A stretch of 32,000 nucleotides of DNA from Desulfocapsa sulfexigens DSM 10523 (GTDB lineage Bacteria; Desulfobacterota; Desulfobulbia; Desulfobulbales; Desulfocapsaceae): NCBI RefSeq assembly GCF_000341395.1, contig NC_020304.1:150001-182000 (forward strand), given 5' to 3'. A program made the position numbers and the translations under genes. Positions 9,639-20,500 of the stretch are shown here, in pieces (the first letter of the stretch is position 1; each line of letters opens with the position of its first letter). The notes beneath the pieces are model-generated. The model was not told the DNA's origin. It searched no databases and worked only from the letters and a program-made list of their open reading frames with translations.

Positions 9639-9871
9639 TCATCGCGTAGGTTTACTGTAGCTGGGTCACATTCTAATAGCTGATATTGGAGTGCAACACC
9701 TTATCAGAGAAGGTGACAAAGATGCAATCACAACCTGCGGATATGCCCGACACCGAGATCCCACTCTCCTTCCCCAAAAAGGTAATCCACGGTTCCAGGA
9801 CGCAGAGCGTTAGTTAACAGGCAACAGGATTTAAGAAAGGAGGAAACACAAGGGATTCTGGAATTCTGACA

Positions 9872-11242
9872 CTACAGAGATGTGAAAAGTTTACAGATTG
9901 CCTCCCTGTCATATTTACCGTTTGGCATAACAGGAATTGCAGAGACAACCCTGATACGTTTTGGCATGGCGGCGGGTTCCAGACCACCGGTCAGGACTTT
10001 TTTCAGATTATCGAGGTCAAGCCCTTCACCACGAACAAGCGCTGCAATCAGGTTTCCCCGCCCCCCTTTATCAGCCAGGGAAACGACCACACATTCCTGT
10101 ACAGCGGCTTGACTTTGTATAAAATCACGAACCTCGTCAATATCTACCCGGACACCACCTACCTTGGTTATAGCGTCCGCTCTGCCATGCAAAGAGAAGC
10201 CGGCTGCTCCCTCCTGCTGTACCCGATCTCCAGAAAGAAAAAAGCCATCTCCATTTACTGGTAGATCAGGAGAGAGAAAAGGGGACTGAACATAGAGGCG
10301 CTCTTCCGCTATCCGCCAGATGACCGGCTCAAGCGGAGTAAAAAATTTCTGACCAACGGACCTGTCACGACTGGCAAGTCCTCCTGTTTCCGTGGAGCCA
10401 TAGACTTCCACCACTCCGATATCATTGGATGCTGAAAACTCGAGGCTGTCTGTTTCCTCAAGCATTCCGGCAGAAGAAAAGGCCACTCTGAGAGATGTTC
10501 CAACACTCCTTCCCCTTAAAACACGGTAGTGGGCAGGAACACTGACCAGAACGGTTGCCGAGTTCTGCTCCACAGCTTCAGTAATTTCCGCGGGGAAAGA
10601 GGGCGTTTCAGCAAGAACGGCAGCGGAAGAAACAAGAGGGATTACAATGGAAAACAAAAGACCGTAAATATGATAGGGGCTGACAGTTGACAGGATAATA
10701 TCCTGATTAGTAATCTGGTATCTGGAGGCCATAAACCAGGCTTCACCAAAGATATTGCCTGCTGTTTTTGACCAGATTTTCGGGCTTCCGGTGGAACCAC
10801 CCGTAAATATCCGGAGGAGCTCTGCATCTTCTGAAATGTTTTTAACAGGAAGTGAAACAGTGCCTCCCTTTCTTTCGGAGGAAATACACTGTATATCAGG
10901 TAAAAACTCCCGTTCCACATCGACTACCGCGCTGGTAAAGCCGGTAACTTGACGCATCTGTTCCAGAGCACTTTCTGAAAAACTATGGGGCAGAACCAGT
11001 ATTTTTCCGCTTGCCATTGCTGCAAGGAGGGCAGCGGCAATCACAGATCTTTCTTCTGCAGCAAGGCAGATGGGGACCTCACTTCCCATCTCAACAAAGG
11101 CAGCGTACAAACGGCCAGCCATGGTATAAACATCTTCCCGACTGTCTTTTTGGTACAAAAAAGGCTGCTGCGGATCAACGGGAGCCTGTAACAGTTTTTC
11201 CAGCAAGCCTTCAATGTCAGCCCCGCTATACAGGCTCTTCAT
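9872..11242 (-). CDS. AMP-forming acyl ligase (acyl-CoA/acyl-ACP synthetase-like)
   Basis: P-loop RIFTGGSTGSPKIWSK, VEVYGSTETGG, SGDRV, PNGKYDREA. ORF track starts at 11308, but Met at 11242 begins just after the stop of the upstream radical SAM gene (11244). Confidence 0.88.
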   Translation of the reverse strand: MKSLYSGADIEGLLEKLLQAPVDPQQPFLYQKDSREDVYTMAGRLYAAFVEMGSEVPICLAAEERSVIAAALLAAMASGKILVLPHSFSESALEQMRQVTGFTSAVVDVEREFLPDIQCISSERKGGTVSLPVKNISEDAELLRIFTGGSTGSPKIWSKTAGNIFGEAWFMASRYQITNQDIILSTVSPYHIYGLLFSIVIPLVSSAAVLAETPSFPAEITEAVEQNSATVLVSVPAHYRVLRGRSVGTSLRVAFSSAGMLEETDSLEFSASNDIGVVEVYGSTETGGLASRDRSVGQKFFTPLEPVIWRIAEERLYVQSPFLSPDLPVNGDGFFLSGDRVQQEGAAGFSLHGRADAITKVGGVRVDIDEVRDFIQSQAAVQECVVVSLADKGGRGNLIAALVRGEGLDLDNLKKVLTGGLEPAAMPKRIRVVSAIPVMPNGKYDREAICKLFTSL

Positions 11243-11243
11243 A

Positions 11244-12506
11244 TCAGGTGAGATCCCGTCCAAAGGCCTGTTCCGCCATCTCCCTGTTGCGAGGCTGGAA
11301 CGTTCCATCTTCCATTTCCTTACTCACAACCTGTTTAAAGAGCTTGAACATCTTCAGTTCCTGCGGTTCGTCCTGGTAAAATGTATTCCAGGCCAGATCA
11401 AGCAGATCCTGCAGTTTCCCAGGGCTCATCTGTTTTGGCTGATAGACGACCTTATCTGCAGAAAAGTCGTTCCAGTCTCTGGAAAGAATACGCCCCTGCT
11501 GCTCAAGTTCCTTGTATGCCTTAGTATGAGGGAAGGGGGTCAACACCGTAAATTCGGCAAGATCAAGCTCTATATCGAGAAGAAAATCTATTAATTCCTT
11601 GATATAGTCCTCGCTGTGGCTGTCGAGCCCAAGAAGGATAGTCCCTTCAACGCCTATACCGTGATCATGGTAGCGCTTAATCCGTTCACGAATATAATCA
11701 GAGGTATCAAATACCGCCTGATACACATACCAGGCTCCGGCCTGGGCAGCCAGATCAAGAATCTCCGGTTTATCTTCAATGGGGTGGGAACACCACTTCT
11801 TCTTCAGAGGGATCATTTCCCGAAACAGATCTTTCTCCCACTGGCTGTTCTGGGCCAGCGAGTTATCCACAACAAACATACGATTGTTATCAATCCCGGC
11901 CATCTCAGCAACGGCCTGATCAATGGGCCGGGGCCTGAAATCCCGGCCGCCAAGATAGGAAACGGCGCAGGGGTAGCAGTTAAAACGACAACCTCTGGAA
12001 GCATGCACCAGATCAACCATCTGCACGCCTTTATAGTTATAGAGTTTTCTATTGAGGATATCTCGACGGGCAGGGCCCACAAGACCAATATCAGGACGAT
12101 CATTCATATAATCGTAACAGGGTTTCAGAGTACCATTCCTGAAATCAGCCATGACCTGTTCCATCCGACTTTCAGCCTCACCCAGGAATACAGAATCGGC
12201 GTGTTTCATGGTCTCTTCAGCATGAAGCATGGTGGCAATACCGCCAAAAATCACCTTGATACCTTTTTTACGAAAGGTATCACCAATCTCCCAGCCCCGC
12301 TTCACCTGGACGGTGAGCATCATGGATATTCCAACCATATCGACCTCTTCGTCAAAATCGATCTCCTCCAGATTTTCGTCAACAAAATCTATATCGACAT
12401 AGTCCGGTAAGGTGGCGGCAAAAACAACGGGGCCGTGTGGTGGAAGGTGAAATTCCGTCTGTCTGGAAAGTTTGGCCCATTTAGGATAAATCAGTTTGAA
12501 TTTCAT
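11244..12506 (-). CDS. B12-binding-domain radical SAM protein
   Basis: N-terminal B12-type domain (VDMVGISMM...KVIFGGIATMLHAEE), then ASRGCRFNCYPC. Confidence 0.92.
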   Translation of the reverse strand: MKFKLIYPKWAKLSRQTEFHLPPHGPVVFAATLPDYVDIDFVDENLEEIDFDEEVDMVGISMMLTVQVKRGWEIGDTFRKKGIKVIFGGIATMLHAEETMKHADSVFLGEAESRMEQVMADFRNGTLKPCYDYMNDRPDIGLVGPARRDILNRKLYNYKGVQMVDLVHASRGCRFNCYPCAVSYLGGRDFRPRPIDQAVAEMAGIDNNRMFVVDNSLAQNSQWEKDLFREMIPLKKKWCSHPIEDKPEILDLAAQAGAWYVYQAVFDTSDYIRERIKRYHDHGIGVEGTILLGLDSHSEDYIKELIDFLLDIELDLAEFTVLTPFPHTKAYKELEQQGRILSRDWNDFSADKVVYQPKQMSPGKLQDLLDLAWNTFYQDEPQELKMFKLFKQVVSKEMEDGTFQPRNREMAEQAFGRDLT

Positions 12507-12523
12507 TTTTATATTTTTGAATT

Positions 12524-13189
12524 TTATATTTTATCGGCACTTATCAGTTTCATATCTAAAGTGTAACCCCGGATTCCATGAGCTTTGAGTTGGATTTTCT
12601 CAGGAATCATTGCACCAGCAACCAGATGATATTCTTCCATCCAAATGGACCGGGTTCTTTTGCGACTGCTATCATACACATTCACCCCTCTACTTCCATT
12701 TAATTCGATCAGGACATCAGACAGATGGCCACTTTCATCAACATACCTGCAGAGAGTTCCTTCATGGACAGACTCTCCTGTGGCCACTGCCTCACCCGGA
12801 GGAAGCAGGAAAACAGTCTTCACATCACGCATCAAACCAAGAGCAAATTCTGCATTGTCAAAGGGAGGCAAAGCCCTTCTTATATCAAGTTTATTTTCTT
12901 TAGCAAGCTCTGCCTCAAAAAGGACAAAGCCTTCAACTCCCATAAGGCCTGTTTTCAATGTCTCCCCATCGAGCACCGTCACCCCGATCACCGTGGCTCC
13001 ATGGCCGTTTGCCATCTCAAAGCTGATGGAATGGACAAACTGCCACTTTCCTGTGACAAATGTCTGTTTGCAGCGCTCTATTTCCAGCGAATCTACACGT
13101 CCCTCAGGGAACTTCGGTGGTGTCAAGCCCTGCATCATTGAACAGGATGAAAACACAAACAGCATCAGCCACAGGGAAAGGGTTTTCAT
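12524..13189 (-). CDS. Predicted lipoprotein of outer-membrane lipid-localisation type; family uncertain (possibly DUF3261-like, as in APE clusters)
   Basis: Signal peptide with lipobox-like MKTLSLWLMLFVFSSCSMM. Located directly beside the LolA-like gene with ATGA overlap. Confidence 0.65.
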   Translation of the reverse strand: MKTLSLWLMLFVFSSCSMMQGLTPPKFPEGRVDSLEIERCKQTFVTGKWQFVHSISFEMANGHGATVIGVTVLDGETLKTGLMGVEGFVLFEAELAKENKLDIRRALPPFDNAEFALGLMRDVKTVFLLPPGEAVATGESVHEGTLCRYVDESGHLSDVLIELNGSRGVNVYDSSRKRTRSIWMEEYHLVAGAMIPEKIQLKAHGIRGYTLDMKLISADKI

Positions 13190-13779
13190 GGCCTGGTAAA
13201 AACCGTTGTTGGAATCTGCTCGTTTAAGACCCCTTCTGAAAAAACCATCCGGGTAAAAGACCCCGGCCCCTCAAAGAGAGTTACCGATTCCATCAGTCCC
13301 GAACTGCCAAGCAGTTTTAACTCAATGCGAGCGATGATTTTCACAAGCGCCTCATCCCGAGGAGTGAGGATAATCAGATCATTTTCGTGACTCTGCACTT
13401 GAAAGGTTGGGGTATCCGTGATCTGCCCGTCGAGCCAGCTGGTGATCTCCTCCAGAACAATCTGCATGGAATCCACGCCCATCCCCTGCTCCTCAGTAAA
13501 CTGCCCGTCATGTTGAATAAATTTACGGGTGTCTCCATCGTGCATAAGCAGCACCGTATGAATTGGAGAGAAATACTCCCAGCGCAGTGAATCTGGTGCC
13601 TGAAACACAAAGTGGCCCGTTGAGATAATGGGGCGGGCAAGGATTGGAAGTTGTTTTTCCTGGGTAAAATCCGCGTGCACGGATTCCACACGTACACTCT
13701 CCCCTTCAGCCTCCTGCGCCTGTCCGGAAACAGTACAGAAGCAGAACAGTAAAAGAGTCAATAGATACTTCATCAACAC
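13186..13779 (-). CDS. LolA-like outer membrane lipoprotein carrier family protein
   Basis: Signal peptide, then ADFTQEKQLPILARPIISTGHFVFQAPDSLRWEYFSP, typical of LolA-like proteins. Confidence 0.88.
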   Translation of the reverse strand: MLMKYLLTLLLFCFCTVSGQAQEAEGESVRVESVHADFTQEKQLPILARPIISTGHFVFQAPDSLRWEYFSPIHTVLLMHDGDTRKFIQHDGQFTEEQGMGVDSMQIVLEEITSWLDGQITDTPTFQVQSHENDLIILTPRDEALVKIIARIELKLLGSSGLMESVTLFEGPGSFTRMVFSEGVLNEQIPTTVFTRP

Positions 13780-14510
13780 ATCCCGCCATTCACGGAAAGG
13801 ATCTGTCCGGTCATATACGAGGCAGCGTCGGAACAGAGGAAAGCCACTACCTTTGCAACCTCTTCCGGCCTGCCGATACGAGCCATGGGAATAAGTGTTT
13901 TTATATGATCCTTGGGGGCATCAGCTATCATATCCGTTTCTATAAGGCCTGGCGCCACCACGTTGACCCGGATGCCAAGACGTGCGACCTCCGAAGCCAC
14001 AACCCTGCTGGCGGCATTCAGTCCAGCTTTTGCCGCTGAATAGTTGGCCTGCCCACGGTTGGGAAGCATCGATGATGCCGAAGAAATCGAGACGATGGAA
14101 CCACTTCTTGCCCGTACCATTTTCTCAATAACAGGCCGGGTCATATTGTAAAATCCATTGAGACTGGTATCGATAACCGCCTGCCAGCTCTCACGGTCCA
14201 TCATCATAAAGAGCCCGTCTTTTATGATTCCGGCATTGTTAACAAGGACATCAATGCGGCCGAGCCTTTCTGCAATATCGTTTACTACTTCCTCAACCCT
14301 GTCAGCTTCACGGATATCAAAACCGTAGATTTCGCCAACGCCACCACTTTCCGTTACCAGCTGAAGGGTTTTTTCGGCAGCTTCAAGGTCCGATCGATAA
14401 TTGATCACAGTGTAATATCCAGCCCCTGCAAGTTCCACGGCAATGGCCCGACCAATTCCCCTGGCAGCACCCGTAACGATTGCAACCTGTTTGTCTCTTT
14501 CTTCTTTCAT
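13773..14510 (-). CDS. fabG: 3-oxoacyl-ACP reductase (SDR family)
   Basis: VAIVTGAARGIGRAIA (TGxxxGIG), NNAGI, catalytic S...YSAAKAG, GLIETDM. Confidence 0.93.
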   Translation of the reverse strand: MKEERDKQVAIVTGAARGIGRAIAVELAGAGYYTVINYRSDLEAAEKTLQLVTESGGVGEIYGFDIREADRVEEVVNDIAERLGRIDVLVNNAGIIKDGLFMMMDRESWQAVIDTSLNGFYNMTRPVIEKMVRARSGSIVSISSASSMLPNRGQANYSAAKAGLNAASRVVASEVARLGIRVNVVAPGLIETDMIADAPKDHIKTLIPMARIGRPEEVAKVVAFLCSDAASYMTGQILSVNGGMC

Positions 14511-14533
14511 AGCTTTTCTACTCTATTCGTTTT

Positions 14534-14974
14534 TTAGACCTGAAATAATTGCAGGGTTACTTCTCCAATCAGGGTTCCATCCATATGGAGAACGGCAGAC
14601 ACCTCACGAAGCTTATCGTACACATGGCTGTTTTCTGAGCGGGTCAGCACCGTCTTTCCAAGGGGAATGCACTCTACATAAAAGTGTGCCCGTTTAATTC
14701 CCACAAGCCATCCCATCTTACTGGAATCCTCACCATGATCCTTTATTCGAGACAGTCCGTTACAGACCCCAGCCGTTTGAGCCGCAAGCTCCACCAGTAG
14801 CAGTGGCTGTACGCCACCGTTGTCCATTAAGGGAAAGGACGCTTTTATCAATGATGCTGTCAGCGCATGATGCTCATCCATTTCGAGAATGTCGTCGATC
14901 AGCAGCATGGTGCCACGATGCGGAAGCAGATCTTCGATGGTATAATCAAATAATTGCGTCGGGTTTCGTTCCAT
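14534..14974 (-). CDS. Hotdog-fold 3-hydroxyacyl-ACP dehydratase, ApeP-like
   Basis: IEDLLPHRGTMLLIDDILE...LLLVELAAQTAGVCNG...MGWLVGIKRAHFYVECIPLG. ORF track start at 15091, but Met at 14974 better fits the family. Confidence 0.8.
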   Translation of the reverse strand: MERNPTQLFDYTIEDLLPHRGTMLLIDDILEMDEHHALTASLIKASFPLMDNGGVQPLLLVELAAQTAGVCNGLSRIKDHGEDSSKMGWLVGIKRAHFYVECIPLGKTVLTRSENSHVYDKLREVSAVLHMDGTLIGEVTLQLFQV

Positions 14975-15638
14975 TCTTTTCCACAATTTGACGTATTTTT
15001 TTTGGGCCACATTGATTATGGTCACTCTAAACGGACGGCACAGCAACCGGAACAGTTCCCATATGTGTATTATGGATATACTCAACATCATACGGAAAAT
15101 CTATTCTTTTAGATATTCTGTTTTTTCGCAATTCTTTTCTTCATAGAGGTACGGTGAAAATGATAGTCTTCATGTATGCTCCTGAGACAGAAGTCATCCG
15201 AAAGACTTCACTCGCCCCCTCTCCGCCTTCTGTAAAGCTGTACCTGACAGCCTGCAGCTAAATCGAAGACGGGCCGGGGCAGAACAAAAACAGCTTTTCC
15301 ATCAGTACGATTGCTGACCGAAGATAATCAAAGAAACCTCTATACGTTGTGGCAGGCAGTGTAAGCATTTCTGTAACATACTATAATCCAATGAAATATT
15401 GGATGCTTCCCTGGATTCTTTTGATGTTGCTGCTTTGAGGGGGATATTATAGGGTGTTTTCAATGGTCTTGAGTAATTTGTGAGTGGATTATACTTCTTG
15501 CCATTTTTTCTACAGGAGCTTGCAAGAGGTGGAAGGCCACAGAAGCCACCCGGCAGTGCTGCTTTCAGCTCACGTTGGGATGCTAATTGGAAGGCTGGAA
15601 GCGTGATTTCTACTCGATACCTTCCTGACCAATAAGTG

Positions 15639-15656
15639 GATAGTGCTATCACTATC
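15639..15656. promoter_or_regulatory. Perfect dyad GATAGTG-CTAT-CACTATC upstream of the rightward gene block
   Basis: 7-bp perfect arms with 4-nt spacer, ending 45 bp before the ATG at 15701, in the divergent intergenic region. Confidence 0.35.
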
Positions 15657-15700
15657 ACACCCTTCAACACGGGAATAATTATACACTGACAGGATCTTAT

Positions 15701-17245
15701 ATGACCCAATTATCGTTTAAGCATTATGGATCAAAAAAAGACTTTAAAAAAATCTACCTGATAGCCCCAAAACATCCTGACAACTTCTGGTCCATGCAGG
15801 GAACAGCTGATATTCTGGGGGCTAAGACCCTTATGCCGAATTCAGCTCTGGCCACATTGATGGCCCTGACGCCACCAGGGGTAAATATACAGTATACACT
15901 TGGGGATGAAAATATTTCTGCCGTCGATTTTGATTTCAGCTGCGACCTCGCAGTTATAACCGGAGGAACGCTTCATGCAGCACGAATTCATGAACTCTGC
16001 AGCGAGTTCAAGAAAAGAGGAACGAGGATAGCCCTCGGGGGCACATATGCCTCCATTGAGGCTGACAGGTGTGGAGGGTTGGCGGACCATCTCTTTATTG
16101 GAGAGGCTGAATATACCTGGCCACTTTTTCTCAAACAATGGACAGCAGGGAATGCTCTGGAAATCAACAGGCAGGAACACTACATCGACTTAAAAGACAG
16201 TCCTGCTCCCGACTGGTCCCTGATTCGTGTTGAGGACTATGTCAACATCAGTATTCAGACAAGCAGGGGATGTCCGAATCAATGTGATTTCTGTGATGTT
16301 ATCCAGTATGTGGGGAGGCAGTATCGAACAAAATCCATAGACCAGATCCTGCAGGAACTGCAAAATGCCGTGGATATCGGTGCCAGAACAGTTTTCTTTT
16401 CAGATGATAACTTTCTCGGCAATAAAAGGTTTACCAAAGAACTTCTCAGCAAGGTTATAGAGTGGAATGTTCAGCAGACGAGACCCCTCTCATTTTCAAC
16501 ACAGATCACCGTTCAGGTTGCCGACGATGATGAGTTGCTGCAAATGTTTGCAGATGCACGTTTTTCTGTCCTGTTTCTCGGAGTGGAAACTGTCAGGAAA
16601 GAGAGCCTTGCCGAGGTACACAAAAGCCAGAATGCAGAAAAAGATATTTTTGAACGCATTCGAAGAATATCCCGTTTTGGCATAGTCCCCTTTATTGGTC
16701 TTATCGTTGGTTTTGACAATGACGATGAAGGAATTTTTGAAGATTTGGAGCATTTTCTGGTGGAAACAGACAGTCCCATTGCCGGTATCAGTCTGCTCAA
16801 TGCACCCCGCCATACGCCTTTATACAAAAGGTTGAAGGAAGAAGGGCGATTGACAGAAAAGAATTTCTCAGGAGAGTGGCAGCTGCACACAAATATTGTT
16901 CCAAAACAGATGACTATCGAACGGATGAGTCTCCTGTACTGGGATCTCTTTCAAAAAATTTACCAACCAGAATTGTTCGAAGACAGATTTGTAAAATGGC
17001 TGAGGAATGTTGATTATTTCAGTACGATTTATGTAAACAAGAAGAGTGACCCCAGGCAGCTACTGCTTGGAGTTAAAATTTTCAAACATTTTATTTTTAA
17101 TGACGATCGCCGTGTACGTGCTCTTTTCTTCAGAATACTGAAGAAAACCTGGCAGATTAATCCGAAGCTGGTAAAGAGATTTTTCACTGTTATTACCCAG
17201 TACAGCCATTTTTACAGTTTTGTGAACTGTAAACAAGTGAAATAA
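15701..17245 (+). CDS. B12-binding-domain radical SAM protein with DUF4070-like C-terminus (HpnP-like class)
   Basis: QTSRGCPNQCDFCDVIQYVGRQYRTKS, VGFDNDDEGIFEDLEHFL, and PIAGISLLNAPRHTPLYKRLKEEGRL. The N-terminus is a B12-binding-like domain. Confidence 0.9.
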   Translation: MTQLSFKHYGSKKDFKKIYLIAPKHPDNFWSMQGTADILGAKTLMPNSALATLMALTPPGVNIQYTLGDENISAVDFDFSCDLAVITGGTLHAARIHELCSEFKKRGTRIALGGTYASIEADRCGGLADHLFIGEAEYTWPLFLKQWTAGNALEINRQEHYIDLKDSPAPDWSLIRVEDYVNISIQTSRGCPNQCDFCDVIQYVGRQYRTKSIDQILQELQNAVDIGARTVFFSDDNFLGNKRFTKELLSKVIEWNVQQTRPLSFSTQITVQVADDDELLQMFADARFSVLFLGVETVRKESLAEVHKSQNAEKDIFERIRRISRFGIVPFIGLIVGFDNDDEGIFEDLEHFLVETDSPIAGISLLNAPRHTPLYKRLKEEGRLTEKNFSGEWQLHTNIVPKQMTIERMSLLYWDLFQKIYQPELFEDRFVKWLRNVDYFSTIYVNKKSDPRQLLLGVKIFKHFIFNDDRRVRALFFRILKKTWQINPKLVKRFFTVITQYSHFYSFVNCKQVK

Positions 17246-17583
17246 AAAAAATCAACACTATCCAGTTAGTGCCTGTCACGATTCATAACCTGACACCAGA
17301 CATTGGGAATTACCAACATGACAATGCCGCGGATGACCAGAAGGAGTTGAAAAAACTATATACCTGTAAGAAGTCACGTTATGCCAAAGGCTCCGCAGGG
17401 GCCGTCTTTTTAACTTGTCGTATTGATGTTTATATTATAATCTTTCTTTAATGGTTCGGTTGAAACTGAAGTGGGTTGTGACCTTTTGGTTCTTGCTGCC
17501 GAGAGAGGGAATTACCTGTTTTTTTTGGGCTGTACCATTCTCCTGGAAAGCAAATCCCTATAACCCTTGCAGCAGGTTACAAT

Positions 17584-20500
17584 ATGGGAGTCTTCAAATT
17601 TGGATCAATCAACAAAAGCCTGGCAATTCTTTTGCTGGTAACCATCCTGCCCACGCTGACTATTCTCCTCTATTCGGGCCTGGAGCAGCGGAGCCGTTCC
17701 ATAGAAGACGCCAAAGAAGCCGTTTTTCTTCTGACCCACAGTATGGCAGGAGTCCAGAAGGATATCACCCATAACGTCCGACAAACCCTTTTCACCTTGT
17801 CCCTGCTTCCTGAAGTCCAGAGATTAAACGGTCAGGCAAGCAATGAAATCTTCCAGACGATCCTCAAAAAAAATCCGTTATTCATCAACATCGTCCTAAC
17901 AGATTTAAAAGGAAAGGTTATAACCAGCGGGAAAGCTCTGAAAAAGCCAGGAAGCATTGCTGACTGTAAACATTTTAAAGAGACTCTGGCAAGCAAGGCC
18001 TTTGCCACGGGAGAATTTGTCTATACCCGCACAGGGGAACCAAGGCCTGCATTTACCTATGCCTATCCGGTCCTGGCCGAAGATAACAGCCTGATAGCAG
18101 TGCTGGCAACAGCTATCCAACTGGACCACCTGGATGTCTTTTATAAAGACCTGAATCTGGATAAAAAATCTTTTATATCTGTAACCGACCATCGAGGTAT
18201 CCGGCTTTTTTATTACCCCGCAGCCGAGGAGACCAATCCCGTGGGCAGCCAGATCAAGCCCTTTTCTCTGGAACAGTCTAGAAAAACTCCTTCGTTTGGC
18301 AGGTTCACCGGAACAGGCTCCGATGGTGCCCGGCGTGTATTCGCCTTTGAAAACATCCGCCTTGCTACCGATCTCCCATCCTACATGACGGTGTGGGCAG
18401 GCATACCGGAAGCATCGGTTCTGGCTAAGACCAATGCTGCATTATCGAGAAACCTTATCTTTTTCTTCCTGAGCGCATTCTGCTCAATTCTTCTCTTCTG
18501 GCTCGTCGGTAAAAAAGTACTGCTTGCGCCAATTGCCGGCCTTATGGCCCTCACCAGGGAGTACAGCGCAGGAAATCTGGAGGCACGCTCTAAGCAGGAC
18601 ACCGGCCCACGTGAATTTATTGATCTGACAGAGGCCTTTTATACCATGGCCGCAGCACTTTCCAGCAATCAACAATCCCTCCAGGAAAAGGAAGACCGCT
18701 TCCGTGGCGTCTTTAACAGCATGAGCAGCGGAGTCGCTATTTATGAGGTAGTGGGGAATGGAGAAGGTTTTATCTTCAAAGATATCAATCCCGCCGGTGC
18801 CAGGAGTTCTCAACTCAGCCATGACAACATCATAGGCAAGCGTGTACGTGAAGTTTTCCCGGCAGTGAGGGACATCGGACTGTTTTCAGTATTTCAGCGG
18901 GTCTGGCAGGCAGGGAGAGCAGAACACCACCCGGCCACCCTCTACAGCGACGACCGGATAACGCTTTGGGTTGAGAATCATGTCTTTAAACTGCCGTCAG
19001 GAGAAATTGTCTCCGTCTATGATGACATCACAGAGCGTAAGCAGTTTGAAGAAGGGCTCAGGGAGAGTGAAGAAAAGTTCCGTGCCCTGATCAACCAGGC
19101 CACGGATTCGATCTATGTCCTTGATATGGAGGCTAACATCATTCTAGCCAACAGGCAGGCCTGCAAAAGCACCGGATATAGCGAGACGGAACTGCTCCAG
19201 TTAACCATTGCGGATATAGATCCATATTTTATAACGCGTAAAGACAAGGATATACTTTGGAAGGAACTTGTACCAGGCGAAAAACAGGTTATTGAATCGC
19301 ACCTTCGCGCCAAAGACGGCACGATGATTCCCGTTGAAGTTCACCTTGGTCTCATTGAGGTGAACAACAAAAAATCCATCCTCGGTATAGTACGGGATAT
19401 CACTGCACGCCTGGAGTTTGAAAGATCACTGCGCCGGAGCAAAGAAGAGTGGGAAAGCACTTTTGATGCCATGGGTGACATTATCACTATTCAGGATAAA
19501 GAGATGCGCATCCTGAAGGGAAACAAGACCTTTTACGATACGTTCGAAGGGAACCCCGACACCCTGAACGGCAGGTACTGCTACGAAGTCTTCCGGGGAC
19601 GCAGTCAGCCATGCCCCAATTGTCCCGAACTCTCTACCCCTGCTGGCAAGCACATTCACAGTGGTGAAATCTTTCACAAGACTCTTGATAAAATTTTTCA
19701 TGTATCCAGTTATCCCATCCAAAATGGAACGGGAGAGCTTGATCGTCTTGTCCACATAGCCAGAGACATCACCGAACAGAAACGTATTCAGGAGGATCTC
19801 TTTCAATCGCACAAAATGGAGGCCGTCGGTACCCTGGCCGGAGGTATTGCCCATGATTTTAATAATATTCTTTCTGCCATCATGGGCGCTGCGCAATTGG
19901 TCAAAAGGGAACTTCCCGAGAAGAGCCCTGCCCTGCAGGATATTGATACCGTTCTCCAGTCTGGAAGGCGGGCAGCAGATCTTATCAGACAAATTCTTAC
20001 CTTCAGCCGCAAAAAAGAGCATAAACTGCAATCCCTGGCCCCCCATCCTATTATCAAAGAAGCCCTGCAGATGCTGCGTTCTTCTCTTCCAAGCACCATT
20101 GAAATAGAGGAGGAGATCGACAGGGAATGCGGAGCTATCACTGCAGATCCCACGAGTATTCACCAGATTATTGTCAATCTCTGTACCAATGCCCTGCATG
20201 CCATCGATCAGCAGAAAGGCAAGATCACGGTCAGGTTGTACCGTGAAGATCTCAATTTGCAGGACACAGAGGCACACCCTGATGTCTCTGCCGGTCCCTT
20301 TGTTGTCCTTTCCGTCAGTGACACAGGGCATGGCATGGATGAAACAACCATGCAGAAGGTCTTTGAACCCTACTTTACGACCAAGGAAATCGGCAAGGGT
20401 TCCGGCATCGGTCTTTCGGTTCTCCACGGCATAGTCCAGGACTACAAAGGATTTATCAACGTTGAAAGTACACTGGGCAAAGGCAGTACCTTCCGGGTAT

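Noticed and set aside
11616-12410. 264-aa plus-strand ORF antisense to the B12 radical SAM gene
   Set aside because: Coding evidence (B12 domain, CxxxCxxC) is on the opposite strand. Shadow ORF.
15302-15709. 135-aa minus-strand ORF in the divergent intergenic region
   Set aside because: No recognisable motif, overlaps the radical SAM start, and contains the dyad. Considered as a degenerate transposase remnant, but no IS signature could be identified.
17246-17583. Short plus-strand ORFs (17269..17451, 17451..17774) before the hybrid kinase
   Set aside because: No homologous motif or convincing structure. The second overlaps the kinase start in another frame.
19426-20427. 333-aa minus-strand ORF antisense to the hybrid kinase
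   Set aside because: Shadow ORF opposite well-supported PAS/HisKA/HATPase coding sequence. Its translation shows no recognisable domain.
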